54,560 bases of DNA from Candidatus Omnitrophota bacterium (GTDB taxonomy: Bacteria > Omnitrophota > JAUWXU01): assembly GCA_034717435.1 (NCBI GenBank), contig JAYELI010000043.1:1-54560 (forward strand), given 5' to 3'. Shown piece after piece: positions 43,358-52,987 of this stretch (the stretch's first letter is position 1; every line of letters begins with the position of its first letter). The position numbers and the translations under genes are program-made. The notes under the pieces are model-generated. The model saw only the letters and a list, made by a program, of their open reading frames with translations. It had not been told where the DNA came from and searched no databases.

Positions 43358-43433
43358 GAGCTATGAGCTTTGGGCTGTGGGTTGTGAGCTGTGGGCTTTT
43401 TAACGCACAGCCCAAAGCTCATAGCTCACAACC
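43358..43433. repeat. Heptamer-based palindromic element, family D: six GRGYTNT heptamers (43358-43399) facing four inverted units (43406-43433)
   Basis: The 22-bp perfect inverted repeat gagctatgagctttgggctgtg / cacagcccaaagctcatagctc is separated by 26 nt. An alternative pairing is ggttgtgagc / gctcacaacc. A related tail (cacaRcccgtattRct...) recurs at 42601-42640. Confidence 0.8.
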
Positions 43434-43449
43434 CGTATTACTGTCTACT

Positions 43450-45258
43450 TTACTTATTTGCGTCTGTGCTCTCAAACTGCATCTCGTACAGCTTCTTATA
43501 TAGACCACCTTTAGAAATAAGTTCAGCGTGCCTGCCCTGCTCTACAATCTCACCTTTGTCTAAAACAATTATTCTGGTAGCATTTTTGACAGTGGATAGC
43601 CGGTGGGCAATAACAAAAACTGTCCGGCCTTTCATCAACCGATCAATGGCCTCTTGAACCAGCTTTTCAGATTCTGTATCTAACTGGGAAGTAGCCTCAT
43701 CCAGGATTAAAATAGGAGGATTTTTTAGTATCGCCCGCGCTATAGCCAACCTTTGTTTTTCACCTCCGGATAGTTTAGTGCCTCGCTCGCCAATTATAGC
43801 GTCATAACCGTTTTCTAACTCCAGAATAAAGCAATGCGCATTAGCCATCCTGGATGCCTCGATAATCTTATCATCTGAAGTGCCGATCCTTCCATAGGCA
43901 ATATTCGCTCTGACGGTGTCATTAAACAGAATTGTCTCCTGGCTCACCAGCCCTATTTGTTCTCTAACCGAAGAAAGAGTAACATCCCTTATGTCACAGT
44001 CATCTATCGCCACCCTGCCTTTATTCGGGTCATAAAACCGAGGAAGAAGGTTAACCAGGCTTGTCTTACCTGTCCCGCTTGGGCCCACAATGGCGACTAT
44101 CTCGCCCTTGCTGACATCTAAATTTATATTACTCAATACAACTTTATTATTGTCATAACTAAAGTGAATATCATTAAAAGAGATACATCTTTGAAGCGGA
44201 TTTAAGGTTACAGCCTCTGTTTTCTCGGTAATCGTCGGCTTTAAATCCAGGATTTCAAATATCCTGGCAGCAGCAGCCAATGTCTGCTGGATTACAGCCT
44301 GAACCCTGCTTAATTTCTTAATCGGTTTCATCAATGAAAGAAGCGCCGCTAAAAAAAAGCTGAAAACCCCGAAGCTAAATACCCCTCCCATCACCTGCCG
44401 TGCCCCATAATAAAATACAAACATAGCCATTGCCGCGCCAATAAATTCTGTTATTGGAGCAATAGCCGCCATTCGCCTGATCGATTTCATCATCAATTTA
44501 TAGAGACCGTCGCTAAGTTTATTGAATTTATTTATCTCGTAACTCTCCATAGAAAATGCCTTTACAATCCTGATCCCGGAAATAGTCTCAACCAGCATAG
44601 AAGAGATATCAGCCATTTTTTCCTGGGTATTTTTACTTATTTTACGCAACTTCCTGATAATCTTTATTACCGGAAACATTACCAACGGAAGAAGAACCAA
44701 GCAGATAGAAGCTAACCGCCAGTGGATAAAAAAGACTATCAATAAAAACAAGACCACCTGCAGGGATTGATAGACCAGATCGGCCAGATTCTCGCTAATG
44801 GAATTCTGAATTGCGGTTACATCATTGGTAATCCGGGAGGTTAACTCTCCGGTGCGCTGGCGGGAATAAAAATCTAAAGAAAGGCTTTGGAATTTCCGAT
44901 ATAGTTTATTTTTTATATCTCTGATTACTCTTTGGCTGATATCACTCATAAAATAGGTTTTCCCAAAGTCGCTTAAGCATTTAATCAAGATAACTAAGGG
45001 TATTACCAGTGCTATTATTTTCAATAACTCAAGGGAGCCCAAAGAATTTATCTTTATAATAATGTCTTTGATAAAAACCGGCAAGCGGGTACTTCCCGTG
45101 GGAATTCCTTTGCCGGTGAATATATTATCTACCAACGGAATGATCATTCCTAACTGAAGGCCGGAAAAAACCGTAGAAATAACCATACAGGCAACCGCAA
45201 CCACAAATATCCACCTATAGGGCTTTATAAACTTAAGTAACCTGCTATATTCCTGCAT
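43450..45258 (-). CDS. msbA: ABC transporter permease/ATPase fusion, lipid A/lipid exporter MsbA-like
   Basis: 602 aa. Six-TM exporter domain, Walker A GPSGTGKTS, signature LSGGEKQR, Walker B ILILDEATS. Adjacent to lpxB. Confidence 0.8.
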   Translation of the reverse strand: MQEYSRLLKFIKPYRWIFVVAVACMVISTVFSGLQLGMIIPLVDNIFTGKGIPTGSTRLPVFIKDIIIKINSLGSLELLKIIALVIPLVILIKCLSDFGKTYFMSDISQRVIRDIKNKLYRKFQSLSLDFYSRQRTGELTSRITNDVTAIQNSISENLADLVYQSLQVVLFLLIVFFIHWRLASICLVLLPLVMFPVIKIIRKLRKISKNTQEKMADISSMLVETISGIRIVKAFSMESYEINKFNKLSDGLYKLMMKSIRRMAAIAPITEFIGAAMAMFVFYYGARQVMGGVFSFGVFSFFLAALLSLMKPIKKLSRVQAVIQQTLAAAARIFEILDLKPTITEKTEAVTLNPLQRCISFNDIHFSYDNNKVVLSNINLDVSKGEIVAIVGPSGTGKTSLVNLLPRFYDPNKGRVAIDDCDIRDVTLSSVREQIGLVSQETILFNDTVRANIAYGRIGTSDDKIIEASRMANAHCFILELENGYDAIIGERGTKLSGGEKQRLAIARAILKNPPILILDEATSQLDTESEKLVQEAIDRLMKGRTVFVIAHRLSTVKNATRIIVLDKGEIVEQGRHAELISKGGLYKKLYEMQFESTDANK

Positions 45259-45409
45259 TATTACCTCGTTTTTGATTTCCTTTTATCCACAGATGAAAAG
45301 ACACGGAAGGACACAAATTACTTTTAGACCCCAAAAAATTAACCTACTACAAGTAAAAATCTGGTGTCTAAGATCTATGTGTGCTAATTTGCGTATTTTA
45401 CCATACTCA

Positions 45410-45438
45410 TTGACTTCTGTCGAGGATTTTGTTAAACT
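45410..45438 (+). promoter_or_regulatory. Candidate sigma70 promoter TTGACT-17 nt-TAAACT for the plus-strand oxidoreductase-lpxB pair
   Basis: -35 at 45410-45415 and -10 at 45433-45438, about 50 nt upstream of the ATG at 45488. Followed by the direct repeat taattcgtgttt x2 (45446-45473). Confidence 0.4.
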
Positions 45439-45487
45439 CATTACATAATTCGTGTTTAGTAATTCGTGTTTTTTAAGGTATTTACAT

Positions 45488-46420
45488 ATGCTAAATGTAG
45501 CGGTCATTGGGGTTGGGAAACTGGGCAGTAAGCATGCCCAAATATATTCTAACCTAAATAATGTAAACCTGTTAGGTGTATGTGACATAAACAAACAACG
45601 GGCAGAGAGTATAGCCCGACAGCTTCATGTTACCCCTTTTATTCATTACCAAGACCTGCTGGGAAAGGTCAAAGGAGTAACTATATCCACCCCCACCTCT
45701 CTTCACTACCAAATAGCCAGAGATTTCCTAAACTCAGGAGTAAATGTCCTGATTGAAAAACCAATGACGCTAACGCTTAGTCAGGCCGACCGATTGATTA
45801 AACTATCCGAACAAAAAAGATTAAGCCTCCTGGTAGGTCACGTGGAAAGATTTAATTCTGTAGTCCATGCGCTTAAAAAATTATCCCGTCAGCCCAAATT
45901 CATAGAAGTCCACAGATTGGGAGCTTTTACTCCCCGGGTTACTGATGTTGGCGTAGTGCTTGATCTTATGATCCACGATATTGACATTGTCTTAGCCCTG
46001 GTCAAGTCTGAAATAAAAAAAATAGAAACTGTCGGTATAAATGTGCTATCTCATCATCATGAAGATATAGCCAACGCCCGGATTACTTTTAAAAACTCCT
46101 GCATTGCCAATCTTACCGCCTCCCGCTTAATTGGAAAATCAATGAGAAAAATCAGGATATTCCAGGAGGATACTTATATCTCCTTAGATTATTTGAATCA
46201 ATCTGCCGAAATTCACAGGAAGGTTAAAAATAAGATGGTAAGCAGCAGTATTGATATAAAAAAGGAGGAGCCTCTTCGGCTGGAAATAAAAGAATTTATA
46301 AACTACCTATTAAATAGAAAATCCTGCCCCTATATCGACCGGGAAGCAAGAGATGCCTTAAAAATAGCCCTGCAAATAGTTAGAAAATTAAGATGTCAGC
46401 TCAGAAACCAAAAAAAATAA
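45488..46420 (+). CDS. Gfo/Idh/MocA family NAD(P)-dependent oxidoreductase (GnnA-like by context)
   Basis: Rossmann start MLNVAVIGVGKLG and the EKP motif (VLIEKPM). I chose the start at 45488 rather than the track start at 45452. The 3' end overlaps the lpxB start by 28 nt. Confidence 0.8.
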   Translation: MLNVAVIGVGKLGSKHAQIYSNLNNVNLLGVCDINKQRAESIARQLHVTPFIHYQDLLGKVKGVTISTPTSLHYQIARDFLNSGVNVLIEKPMTLTLSQADRLIKLSEQKRLSLLVGHVERFNSVVHALKKLSRQPKFIEVHRLGAFTPRVTDVGVVLDLMIHDIDIVLALVKSEIKKIETVGINVLSHHHEDIANARITFKNSCIANLTASRLIGKSMRKIRIFQEDTYISLDYLNQSAEIHRKVKNKMVSSSIDIKKEEPLRLEIKEFINYLLNRKSCPYIDREARDALKIALQIVRKLRCQLRNQKK

Positions 46421-47550
46421 TCATCATTGCCGGAGAAGCCTCCGGAGACCTCCATGGAGCCTGTCTAGCCAAGTCTATAAAAGCCTTGGACCCTAAGACA
46501 GAAATCTTAGGTATCGGCGGTCAACTAATGGCCGATGCCGGGGTAAAACTTTATTATGATATAGTTGGTTTAGCAGTAATCGGCTTTATAGAAATTCTGA
46601 CAAACCTGAAAAAATTCAAGTCTATCTATAATCTTGCCTTAGAAAAAATAGATAACCTCAAACCGGATGCTGTTATCCTGATAGATTATCCGGGTTTCAA
46701 CCTCAAGATTGCCCGCCAAATAAAAAAGAGACGTATTCCTGTTTTTTATTATATCAGCCCTCAGGTATGGGCTTGGGGTAAAAACAGAGTAAAAACCATA
46801 TCCGAATTAGTCGATAAGATGCTGGTGGTATTCGAATTCGAAAAAGAATTCTATAAACAACATGGAATAAACGCCGCATTTGTCGGCCATCCGCTTTTAG
46901 ATACCATTAAGCCGCCCCTGGAAAAAGATCAAGCCTGCAGGATATTCAACCTGGATAAGACTAAGCCAATAGTGGGAATACTGGCCGGCTCGAGAGAAAA
47001 CGAAATCAAGCGGCATTTAACGATTATGCTTGAAGCAGCCAGGATGTTAAAAAAAGATATACCAGATATCCAGTTTATTATTTCTAAACCTCCCCAGATA
47101 CCCGAAGATTTGTTTAATTATTTGCTTAAAAGTTCCCGGTTATCTGTTGGGACAATAACGGAAAAGACCTACAATTTGATGAACGCAGCTGACTTGGTCC
47201 TGGTAGCATCAGGAACAGCTACGCTTGAAGCGGCCATCTCCTTAACCCCGATGATTATTATTTATAAAGTCTCGCCCCTGACCTATTTTTTGATAAGAAG
47301 ATTGATCAGGATCCCCTATATCGGCCTGGTAAATATCGTGGCCGGAAAAAAAATAATGCCCGAGTTCATTCAATATCAGGCCCGTCCTAAAAATATCTCC
47401 CGTAAAGCCGCTGAGTTCTTAAAAGACAGAAAAACCTTAGAGCAGTTAAAAGGTGAGCTTATAAAAATAAGAGAAAAACTCGGGGGCCCCGGCGCAAGCC
47501 GCCGCGCAGCCGAAATAATACTATCCTCCCTGAATAAATCCTATCTATAA
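46393..47550 (+). CDS. lpxB: Lipid-A-disaccharide synthase
   Basis: 385 aa. N-terminus IIIIAGEASGDLHGA and full-length LpxB-like GT19 pattern. Confidence 0.9.
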   Translation: MSAQKPKKIIIIAGEASGDLHGACLAKSIKALDPKTEILGIGGQLMADAGVKLYYDIVGLAVIGFIEILTNLKKFKSIYNLALEKIDNLKPDAVILIDYPGFNLKIARQIKKRRIPVFYYISPQVWAWGKNRVKTISELVDKMLVVFEFEKEFYKQHGINAAFVGHPLLDTIKPPLEKDQACRIFNLDKTKPIVGILAGSRENEIKRHLTIMLEAARMLKKDIPDIQFIISKPPQIPEDLFNYLLKSSRLSVGTITEKTYNLMNAADLVLVASGTATLEAAISLTPMIIIYKVSPLTYFLIRRLIRIPYIGLVNIVAGKKIMPEFIQYQARPKNISRKAAEFLKDRKTLEQLKGELIKIREKLGGPGASRRAAEIILSSLNKSYL

Positions 47551-48231
47551 TTCTCTGTGGTTATTTTTTATCTTTTCAGGATGGTGCTTCACTACTTTAG
47601 CCTGGACCATATAGATTACATCTTCGGCAATATTTGTAGCATGGTCGCAGATTCTTTCCAAATGGCGGGCGATTAAAAGAAGGGGAACCGCCCGGGGAGC
47701 AGTTGTGCCGTCTTTGACCATATAATCATTTATTAACTCATCATAAACCAGATTTCGTAATCCATCAGCCTCTGGATCAGAAAGAATAACCTGCCTGGCT
47801 AGATTTTGGTTTCGATCTACAAAAGCATCTATTGCATCTTTTACCATTTTTCGGGCTACTACGGTCAATTTAGGGATATCTATTAACGGCTTAAGTAAAG
47901 GTTCATGCGCCAGTTCCAAAACTCTCTGGGATATGTTTACTGCCAGATCAGCAATCCTTTCCAACTCCGCATTTATTTTCATTCCTGTGGTGATAAATCT
48001 AAGGTCTACTGCCATAGGTTGGTGCAGGGCTAATAAGTCAACAGCCTTTTCCTCAACCACAAGTTCCAATTCGTCAATCTTGCGGTCATCGCCAACAACA
48101 GCCTGGGCCAGCTTTTCATCCCGGTTCTTCAGTGCTTCTATTGATTTATAAATTGCCTCTTCGGCTAAAGCGGCCATTTTTAACAGATCCGTGTTTAATT
48201 TTTTTAATTCTTCATCAAAATGCCTCTCCAT
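47545..48231 (-). CDS. phoU: Phosphate signalling complex protein PhoU
   Basis: 228 aa with duplicated PhoU repeats (ERIADLAVNI and ERICDHATNIAED). Lies downstream of pstB. Confidence 0.92.
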   Translation of the reverse strand: MERHFDEELKKLNTDLLKMAALAEEAIYKSIEALKNRDEKLAQAVVGDDRKIDELELVVEEKAVDLLALHQPMAVDLRFITTGMKINAELERIADLAVNISQRVLELAHEPLLKPLIDIPKLTVVARKMVKDAIDAFVDRNQNLARQVILSDPEADGLRNLVYDELINDYMVKDGTTAPRAVPLLLIARHLERICDHATNIAEDVIYMVQAKVVKHHPEKIKNNHREL

Positions 48232-48248
48232 TTTTATTCCTTTCAGTC

Positions 48249-49085
48249 TTACCCAAACCTTCCGGTAATATAATCTTCGGTAATTTTCTTAGAAGGAGCG
48301 GTAAAAATTTTGTTCGTTAGATCATATTCTATCAGTTCTCCGAGCATTAGAAAAGCTGTGAAGTCAGAAATCCGCGCCGCCTGCTGCATATTGTGAGTAA
48401 CAATGATAATGGTATACTTTTTCCTTAGTTCTTGAATCAGTTCTTCAATTTTTGCGGTAGCGGTTGGGTCTAATGCAGAACAGGGTTCATCAAAAAGGAC
48501 TACCTCCGGCTCAATTGCTAAGGCGCGGGCAATACATAGACGCTGCTGCTGGCCGCCTGATAAATCTAATGCTGAATCACCCAACCTATCTTTAACCTCA
48601 TCCCAAAGCGCAGCATCTTTCAAAGATTGCTCAACCCTTTGTGTAAGTTCGTCTTTTCTTTTAATAAGTCCATTGATTTTAAGCCCATAAGCAACATTTT
48701 CAAGGATGGACTTAGGAAAAGGATTGGATTTCTGAAAAACCATCCCAATCTTTTTTCTCACTGCAACCACATCTATGTTTTCGCCATAAATATTTTTTCC
48801 ATCTAAGAAGATTTCTCCTTCAACCTTTGCCCCAGAGATAATGTCATTCATTCGATTAATGGCCCTTATAAGTGTAGATTTACCACAACCCGACGGCCCA
48901 ATGACAGCAGTAACCTTATTTTTCTTAATATCAAGGCTTACATTCTTTACTGCCTGTGTATTCCCGTACCAAATGTCTAAATTACGAATGGAAACTCTAA
49001 CATCCTTACCTATTCCATCATTTTGACTTCTGATTTCTGACTTCTGATTTTTGATTTCTGACGTTTGGCTTTTGACTATTACCAC
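48249..49085 (-). CDS. pstB: Phosphate ABC transporter ATP-binding protein with a repeat-encoded N-terminal extension
   Basis: 278 aa. Motifs IRNLDIWYG, Walker [10 protein letters not shown], signature [11 protein letters not shown] start overlaps the pstA stop (GTGGTAA). I found no later in-frame ATG, GTG or TTG before the conserved core. Confidence 0.93.
   Translation of the reverse strand: MVIVKSQTSEIKNQKSEIRSQNDGIGKDVRVSIRNLDIWYGNTQAVKNVSLDIKKNKVTAVIGPSGCGKSTLIRAINRMNDIISGAKVEGEIFLDGKNIYGENIDVVAVRKKIGMVFQKSNPFPKSILENVAYGLKINGLIKRKDELTQRVEQSLKDAALWDEVKDRLGDSALDLSGGQQQRLCIARALAIEPEVVLFDEPCSALDPTATAKIEELIQELRKKYTIIIVTHNMQQAARISDFTAFLMLGELIEYDLTNKIFTAPSKKITEDYITGRFG
49021..49076 (-). repeat. 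In-frame heptanucleotide tandem tract at the 5' end of pstB (8 units; plus strand TTYTGAY; sense RTCAGAA)
   Basis: Counted directly. Encodes [17 protein letters not shown]. Confidence 0.9.
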
Positions 49086-49939
49086 TTTTTTCTCCTTCTA
49101 AATCCATTACGTATAATGATAGCAACTGAATCTACACTTAAGACCAAAAAAAGCAAAACTAACGCTGTACCGTAAGCAATAGGAAGCTGAGCCTCCGGAC
49201 GTGTGCCTTCAGTCATTAGGGCGTAGATGTGATATGGAAGCGCCTGTACCTCACTAAAAATTGAACGAGGAAGTCTCATAGTATAAAAGGTGGCAGCAGT
49301 GAAAAGTATCGGCGCGGTCTCGCCGGCAGCTCTGCCCACTCCTAATATTGAGCCGGTTAACATTCCTGAGATGGCGTTAGGAAGCACTACCCTGCGGATA
49401 GTTTGCCATTTAGTTGCGCCTAAAGCCAAAGAAGCTTCGCGAAAAGATTGTGGAACAACCAACAATGCTTCTTCGCTAGCACGAATGATTGTGGGTAAAA
49501 TCAACATTCCCAGCGTAAGGCCACCTGATAAAATCGATATGCCAAAACCAAAGAACTTAACAAACACGGCTAATCCAAAAAGCCCAAATACAACTGAAGG
49601 GACCCCGGCAAGATTATTTATCCCAATACGAATCATTCTTATCAATCTTCCCTGCCTTGCGTATTCGGTTAAATATATTGCTGAGGCCACGCCTAAAGGC
49701 AAAGCAAAGCAAATTGCGCAAATAATCAGATAAAAAGTGCCCAAGATTGCCGGCAGGATTCCCCCGGCAGTCATTCCTTCACAAGGCATTTGAGTCAAGA
49801 ACTGCCAGCTAATCACTCCTATTCCTCTGGCAGCGACAAAGTAGAGAATAATAAAAAGCGCTGAAAGAATAATTACTGTAGCTAATCTTAAAGCTCCAAA
49901 ACCTATAAATTCTTTAATCTTTCTTAGCTTCAAGCCCAT
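49079..49939 (-). CDS. pstA: Phosphate ABC transporter permease PstA
   Basis: 286 aa, six TM segments, EAA-type loop ([16 protein letters not shown]). Confidence 0.92.
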   Translation of the reverse strand: MGLKLRKIKEFIGFGALRLATVIILSALFIILYFVAARGIGVISWQFLTQMPCEGMTAGGILPAILGTFYLIICAICFALPLGVASAIYLTEYARQGRLIRMIRIGINNLAGVPSVVFGLFGLAVFVKFFGFGISILSGGLTLGMLILPTIIRASEEALLVVPQSFREASLALGATKWQTIRRVVLPNAISGMLTGSILGVGRAAGETAPILFTAATFYTMRLPRSIFSEVQALPYHIYALMTEGTRPEAQLPIAYGTALVLLFLVLSVDSVAIIIRNGFRRRKKW

Positions 49940-50808
49940 TTTTTCCTGAATTTCTGGGTTAAAATATCGGCAACAATATTAAAGGTTAAGGTTATCAGAA
50001 AAAGCACTATGGCAACAGCAAACAGGGCGTGATAGTGACTGCTCCCTACTACTGTTTCTCCCATCTCAGCAGCGATAGTAGCGGTCATCGTCCGCACAGG
50101 TTGAAAAAAAGAACAAGGTATAACTGCTGCTCCCCCGGCAACCATCAACACAGTCATGGTCTCGCCAATAGCCCTGCCCATACCTAAGATAACGGCGGTG
50201 CTTATTCCACCCGCCGCGGCGGGAACAGTTACTTTAACAGTAGTCTCCCACCTGTTTGCCCCTAAGGCAAAAGATGCCTCTTTGAAACTCTTAGGGACTG
50301 AAGAGATTGCATCCTCTGAAATACTGGTTATAGTTGGAATAGCCATAATACCTAAAAGGATGGAGGCAGTAAAGGCATTCAGGCCTACAGGTAAACCAAA
50401 AAATTTCTGTACTAAAGGCGCCACAACCACCATTCCAAAGAAGCCATAAACCACGGAAGGAACACCTGCAAGAAGCTCTATTGCCGGCTTTATAAGCCCT
50501 TTTATTTTGAGATGAGCCACTTCTGAAATATAAATAGCTGAAGCTACTCCTAAGGGAACAGCAATAATTAATGCTCCCGCGGTAACCCAAAGAGATCCCA
50601 AAAGCAAAGGTAAAATCCCAAAATCAGGCGGCTCATAGGTAGGATACCAGAATTTGCCTAAGAGGAATTTTCCCAAAGATGTTACTCTAAAAATAGGTAG
50701 TCCTTCCTTGAACAAAACTATGACAATTCCCAAAAGAAAAAAAATAGAAACTAAGGAAAATAGGCAAAAAAATCTTCTGATTAAATTTTCTTTTTGCGCT
50801 CTTTTCAT
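49930..50808 (-). CDS. pstC: Phosphate ABC transporter permease PstC
   Basis: 292 aa. EAA-type loop (SFKEASFALGANRWET). Operon position between pstS and pstA. Confidence 0.92.
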   Translation of the reverse strand: MKRAQKENLIRRFFCLFSLVSIFFLLGIVIVLFKEGLPIFRVTSLGKFLLGKFWYPTYEPPDFGILPLLLGSLWVTAGALIIAVPLGVASAIYISEVAHLKIKGLIKPAIELLAGVPSVVYGFFGMVVVAPLVQKFFGLPVGLNAFTASILLGIMAIPTITSISEDAISSVPKSFKEASFALGANRWETTVKVTVPAAAGGISTAVILGMGRAIGETMTVLMVAGGAAVIPCSFFQPVRTMTATIAAEMGETVVGSSHYHALFAVAIVLFLITLTFNIVADILTQKFRKKWA

Positions 50809-50811
50809 ATT

Positions 50812-51645
50812 CTAATCCAAGGCAACAAAACCCTGATCTTTAGCTATCTCTTGCCCCTCTTTGCTCAAAACAAAATCTATAAAATCTTTTATTAACCCTT
50901 TCGGTTTTCCATTTGTGTACATAAATAATGGCCGGGAAACCGGATATTTACCATTGCGAACAGTTTCAACTGAAGGTACAACACCATCAATAGCCAAGGC
51001 TTTAACTTCTAAACTTAAATATCCCAACCCCACATAACCAACAGCACCCTCCGTTCGTTTAACAGTCGAGGCCACTGCCATATTAGAGGCTTGAAGTAAA
51101 GCATCAGGGCGCACCCGTTCTTTGTTTAAGGCCAGCTTACTGAAACACTCATATGTCCCTGAGGCAACATCCCGTGAGATTATAACTATTTTTTGATTTT
51201 TACCTCCAAGCCCGCTCCAGTTGGATATTCTACCCGTATAGATATCTTTAATCTGGGAAAGGGAAAGTTCATTAACAGGATTTGAAGGATGAACAATTAC
51301 TGCAATCCCGTCCATAGCAACTACATGGGGTTTGGGATTTATTCCTTTTCCCTTGGCTTTCAAGATTTCTTTCTTTTTCATTGGACGGGAAGAATCGGCA
51401 ATATCACATATCCCGTCAATTAAAGCAGCGATACCTGTTCCTGAACCGCCGCCCCGAATTGAAATATCTGATCCTCGATACTTTCCCATAAAGACCTCTG
51501 CGGCCTTCTGAGCAATAGGTAAAACCGTGGTTGAGCCCTGAATAACAAGCCGGTTACTATCTGCATAGATACCCTGGGCCGTCAACCCAAAAACAAGCAA
51601 CCCTAGTAATAACCTTGGTAATCCTTGCGAAAAAATCCTTTTCAT
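50812..51645 (-). CDS. pstS: Phosphate ABC transporter substrate-binding protein PstS
   Basis: 277 aa with a signal peptide. Motifs GSTTVLP and GGGSGTG typical of the PstS/PBP-like-2 family. Confidence 0.9.
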   Translation of the reverse strand: MKRIFSQGLPRLLLGLLVFGLTAQGIYADSNRLVIQGSTTVLPIAQKAAEVFMGKYRGSDISIRGGGSGTGIAALIDGICDIADSSRPMKKKEILKAKGKGINPKPHVVAMDGIAVIVHPSNPVNELSLSQIKDIYTGRISNWSGLGGKNQKIVIISRDVASGTYECFSKLALNKERVRPDALLQASNMAVASTVKRTEGAVGYVGLGYLSLEVKALAIDGVVPSVETVRNGKYPVSRPLFMYTNGKPKGLIKDFIDFVLSKEGQEIAKDQGFVALD

Positions 51646-51672
51646 CTGAATTCTCCTTTTTTAACTTTAAAA

Positions 51673-51715
51673 AGTTTATCATTCAATTGTTACAATTCTG
51701 TGACAACTTTGTAAA
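51673..51715 (-). promoter_or_regulatory. Pho-box array plus -10 upstream of pstS
   Basis: On the minus strand: TTTACA aagtt GTCACA gaatt GTAACA, with box starts at 51715, 51704 and 51693 (exact 11-bp phasing). Nine nt later comes TAAACT (51678-51673), then the RBS AAGGAG. Confidence 0.5.
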
Positions 51716-51732
51716 ATTATGGTGAAATTTGA

Positions 51733-52944
51733 TCAGAATTTAAACTCCAACTGCGCTAAAAACTCATTGTTGTTCACATCTCTGCCACCGGTCTTTTCAT
51801 TATTAAAATAATACTCGGTCTTTAGTTTGACATTTTTAGCAAGCTCTGTAATCAGAGCAAGGGTGAGCATTTCTCTATCCCAGGAGCAAGGCTTTGAAAA
51901 AGATTTTGGCCAATCAGGATTTAACTCTCCATATCTTATTAGAGGCTCAAAAGAAGGAAAGTAAGTCCTTTTAAACTTCCATTTATGTGAGCCCTGGACA
52001 TACCAACCTGTTCTTTCTAAATCCCCGTCTTCAAATTGAGCACCTTCCGCTACCAGGGTCAGCTCTTTTAATTTGTCGAATTTATATTTATAAACCGCCC
52101 TCCCGCCATATCGACGCATTATCTCGGAATCAGATATATAGCCGGGTAATTTACTTTTAAGCACACCAACATCAGCAGTGTCCAGCTCACCAAAGAAACC
52201 AAATCCCAAAACATCGATAGTGCCCAAATCTCCGATATCAGGCTTAATTCCTAATTTAAAACCCGCTTCAAAATGGCCTGTTTTCGCTGCTACATTGCGA
52301 TTATCCCGTAACATTTTATAACTGGAATCTTCCGATACCTGTTTTGTGCCAAGCCTTAAACCCTCACTCAGACAAACACCCCAATAAAAGAGAGCTTTTT
52401 TTGCTTCCCAGTTTACTTGAAGTTCTTGATACCGCCACATAGCAGTTCCTATAAGAGGATAAACTTCGGTTTTACGAGAGATGTTGATAAACCTGGTATC
52501 TAAACCGGCAAAAAATTGCGAATCCAATAAGGGCAAACCCTTAAAATAAACCCCTCCGTTAGAAAAGTAGGCGCTATCGGCTGTGAATTCCAGTTCTCCT
52601 TTTAAAGATATCTTTGAATCTCTAAAGGTTACCTCCGGCTTTAACACAAACTTATCAAACTGAAACCTTGGATTAGGGTCAGATATCCCGTCATCTTTTT
52701 CAGTATCTCTAAACTCCACCTCTAATTCGCCGCCCAGGCGAAGATCCGCGCCTTTAAGCGAGATAAGAAAGTCTGCCTTTTCTTCTGCTGAGTCTATTCT
52801 TGCTTCCTCTGCCTCTTCATAGGTAATAACCCCTTTCTCGCGCAGTAAATCCAAAAGTATCTCATCAGCCTGCGCCCCGGCCGGTAATATAAAAATTACC
52901 ATCAGCAACAATAAACTTATTAACTTAATCTTGCCACGCATCAT
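51733..52944 (-). CDS. Outer-membrane beta-barrel porin (phosphate-regulated by context, possibly OprO/P-like)
   Basis: 403 aa. Signal peptide ending AGAQA, alternating amphipathic strands, C-terminal LEFKF (terminal Phe). Sits between the Pho boxes and pstS. Confidence 0.6.
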   Translation of the reverse strand: MMRGKIKLISLLLLMVIFILPAGAQADEILLDLLREKGVITYEEAEEARIDSAEEKADFLISLKGADLRLGGELEVEFRDTEKDDGISDPNPRFQFDKFVLKPEVTFRDSKISLKGELEFTADSAYFSNGGVYFKGLPLLDSQFFAGLDTRFINISRKTEVYPLIGTAMWRYQELQVNWEAKKALFYWGVCLSEGLRLGTKQVSEDSSYKMLRDNRNVAAKTGHFEAGFKLGIKPDIGDLGTIDVLGFGFFGELDTADVGVLKSKLPGYISDSEIMRRYGGRAVYKYKFDKLKELTLVAEGAQFEDGDLERTGWYVQGSHKWKFKRTYFPSFEPLIRYGELNPDWPKSFSKPCSWDREMLTLALITELAKNVKLKTEYYFNNEKTGGRDVNNNEFLAQLEFKF

Positions 52945-52987
52945 GTCTTGATCTCCTTTCTTATTTCTTATTTCTTATTTTAATTTC

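Noticed and set aside
43348-43422. N-terminal 25 residues of the track ORF for the GAF-ANTAR protein
   Set aside because: This stretch is encoded by the family-D heptamer palindrome. A canonical GGAGGAG RBS precedes the internal ATG at 43347.
45283-45594. 103-aa minus-strand ORF
   Set aside because: It lies antisense to the 5' end and promoter of the plus-strand oxidoreductase gene. Its composition is odd (Cys/Phe-rich), it has no RBS and I see no family resemblance.
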